Below, one piece after another: positions 63,701 to 64,000 of a stretch of DNA of 64,000 nucleotides. The DNA is from Ramazzottius varieornatus (Eukaryota; Animalia; Tardigrada). The notes under the pieces are model-generated. The model was given only the letters and a program-made list of their open reading frames with translations, was not told where the DNA came from and did not search any database. The DNA is taken from the NCBI GenBank assembly GCA_001949185.1, contig BDGG01000012.1, forward strand, positions 302,973 to 366,972. The letters are read 5' to 3'. The first letter of the stretch is position 1. Each line of letters opens with the position of its first letter. A program made the position numbers and the translations under genes.

Positions 63701-64000
63701 CGTCACACCTAAGGAGTACGTCCTTCCTCGTTTAAGGAGTTTCTTTGCTTCGTTGATGCGAAGATTATGTTGGTACTTGTTGGTTTCAGGGCCGTAGAAG
63801 AAACACAGCTGTTCTTTTCTCTCCACCACAGTGCCGTCACAGTGTATCCTGTCGAAGAACGTGGACAGCAAGTCGGCCATGAGCATCGCCACCAAGCTGG
63901 CCATGCAAATGAACGCCAAACTAGGGTAAGCTCTTTTATTTCTCCCTCAAATTCATACAATTATGGAATCCAGATTCAAACAAGGTCGTTTATTCAAGTG
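60710..64000 (+). pseudogene. piwi: Piwi-clade Argonaute gene, probably pseudogenised (continues past the window)
   Basis: RG-rich N-terminus, GSEGSKVALKANYF, VLTKYN, VPELALLTGLTDDLRTNF, LEGRELP, VPSQC..IATKLAMQMNAKLG. Three in-frame stops, one frameshift and a MID-domain gap. Confidence 0.85.

Overview
Gene-dense eukaryotic (metazoan) DNA with short GT-AG introns; the compact style would fit a small invertebrate genome such as a tardigrade, but that is a guess. Spliced genes, in order: a divergent Smoothened-like gene (minus, runs off the left edge), Rab32/38, SMNDC1/SPF30, tRNA-Lys(CTT), a second divergent Smoothened-like gene (plus), ABT1/ESF2, a P4-ATPase flippase (ATP8A-like), POLA2, a decayed MAGI-like fragment, PHF20/MBD-R2-like, PPIL3, and a Piwi-clade gene that looks pseudogenised (runs off the right edge). 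Mobile DNA includes a decayed Ngaro/DIRS-type tyrosine-recombinase retrotransposon nested in a hAT-like element, an intact DD37D (maT) Tc1/mariner element and several MITE families. Main observations: two linked Smoothened paralogues with altered sterol-pocket and TM6 lock residues, and two families of fixed-span (~47-48 bp) palindromes found mostly in introns. All exon structures and alignments were read by eye and boundaries are approximate.
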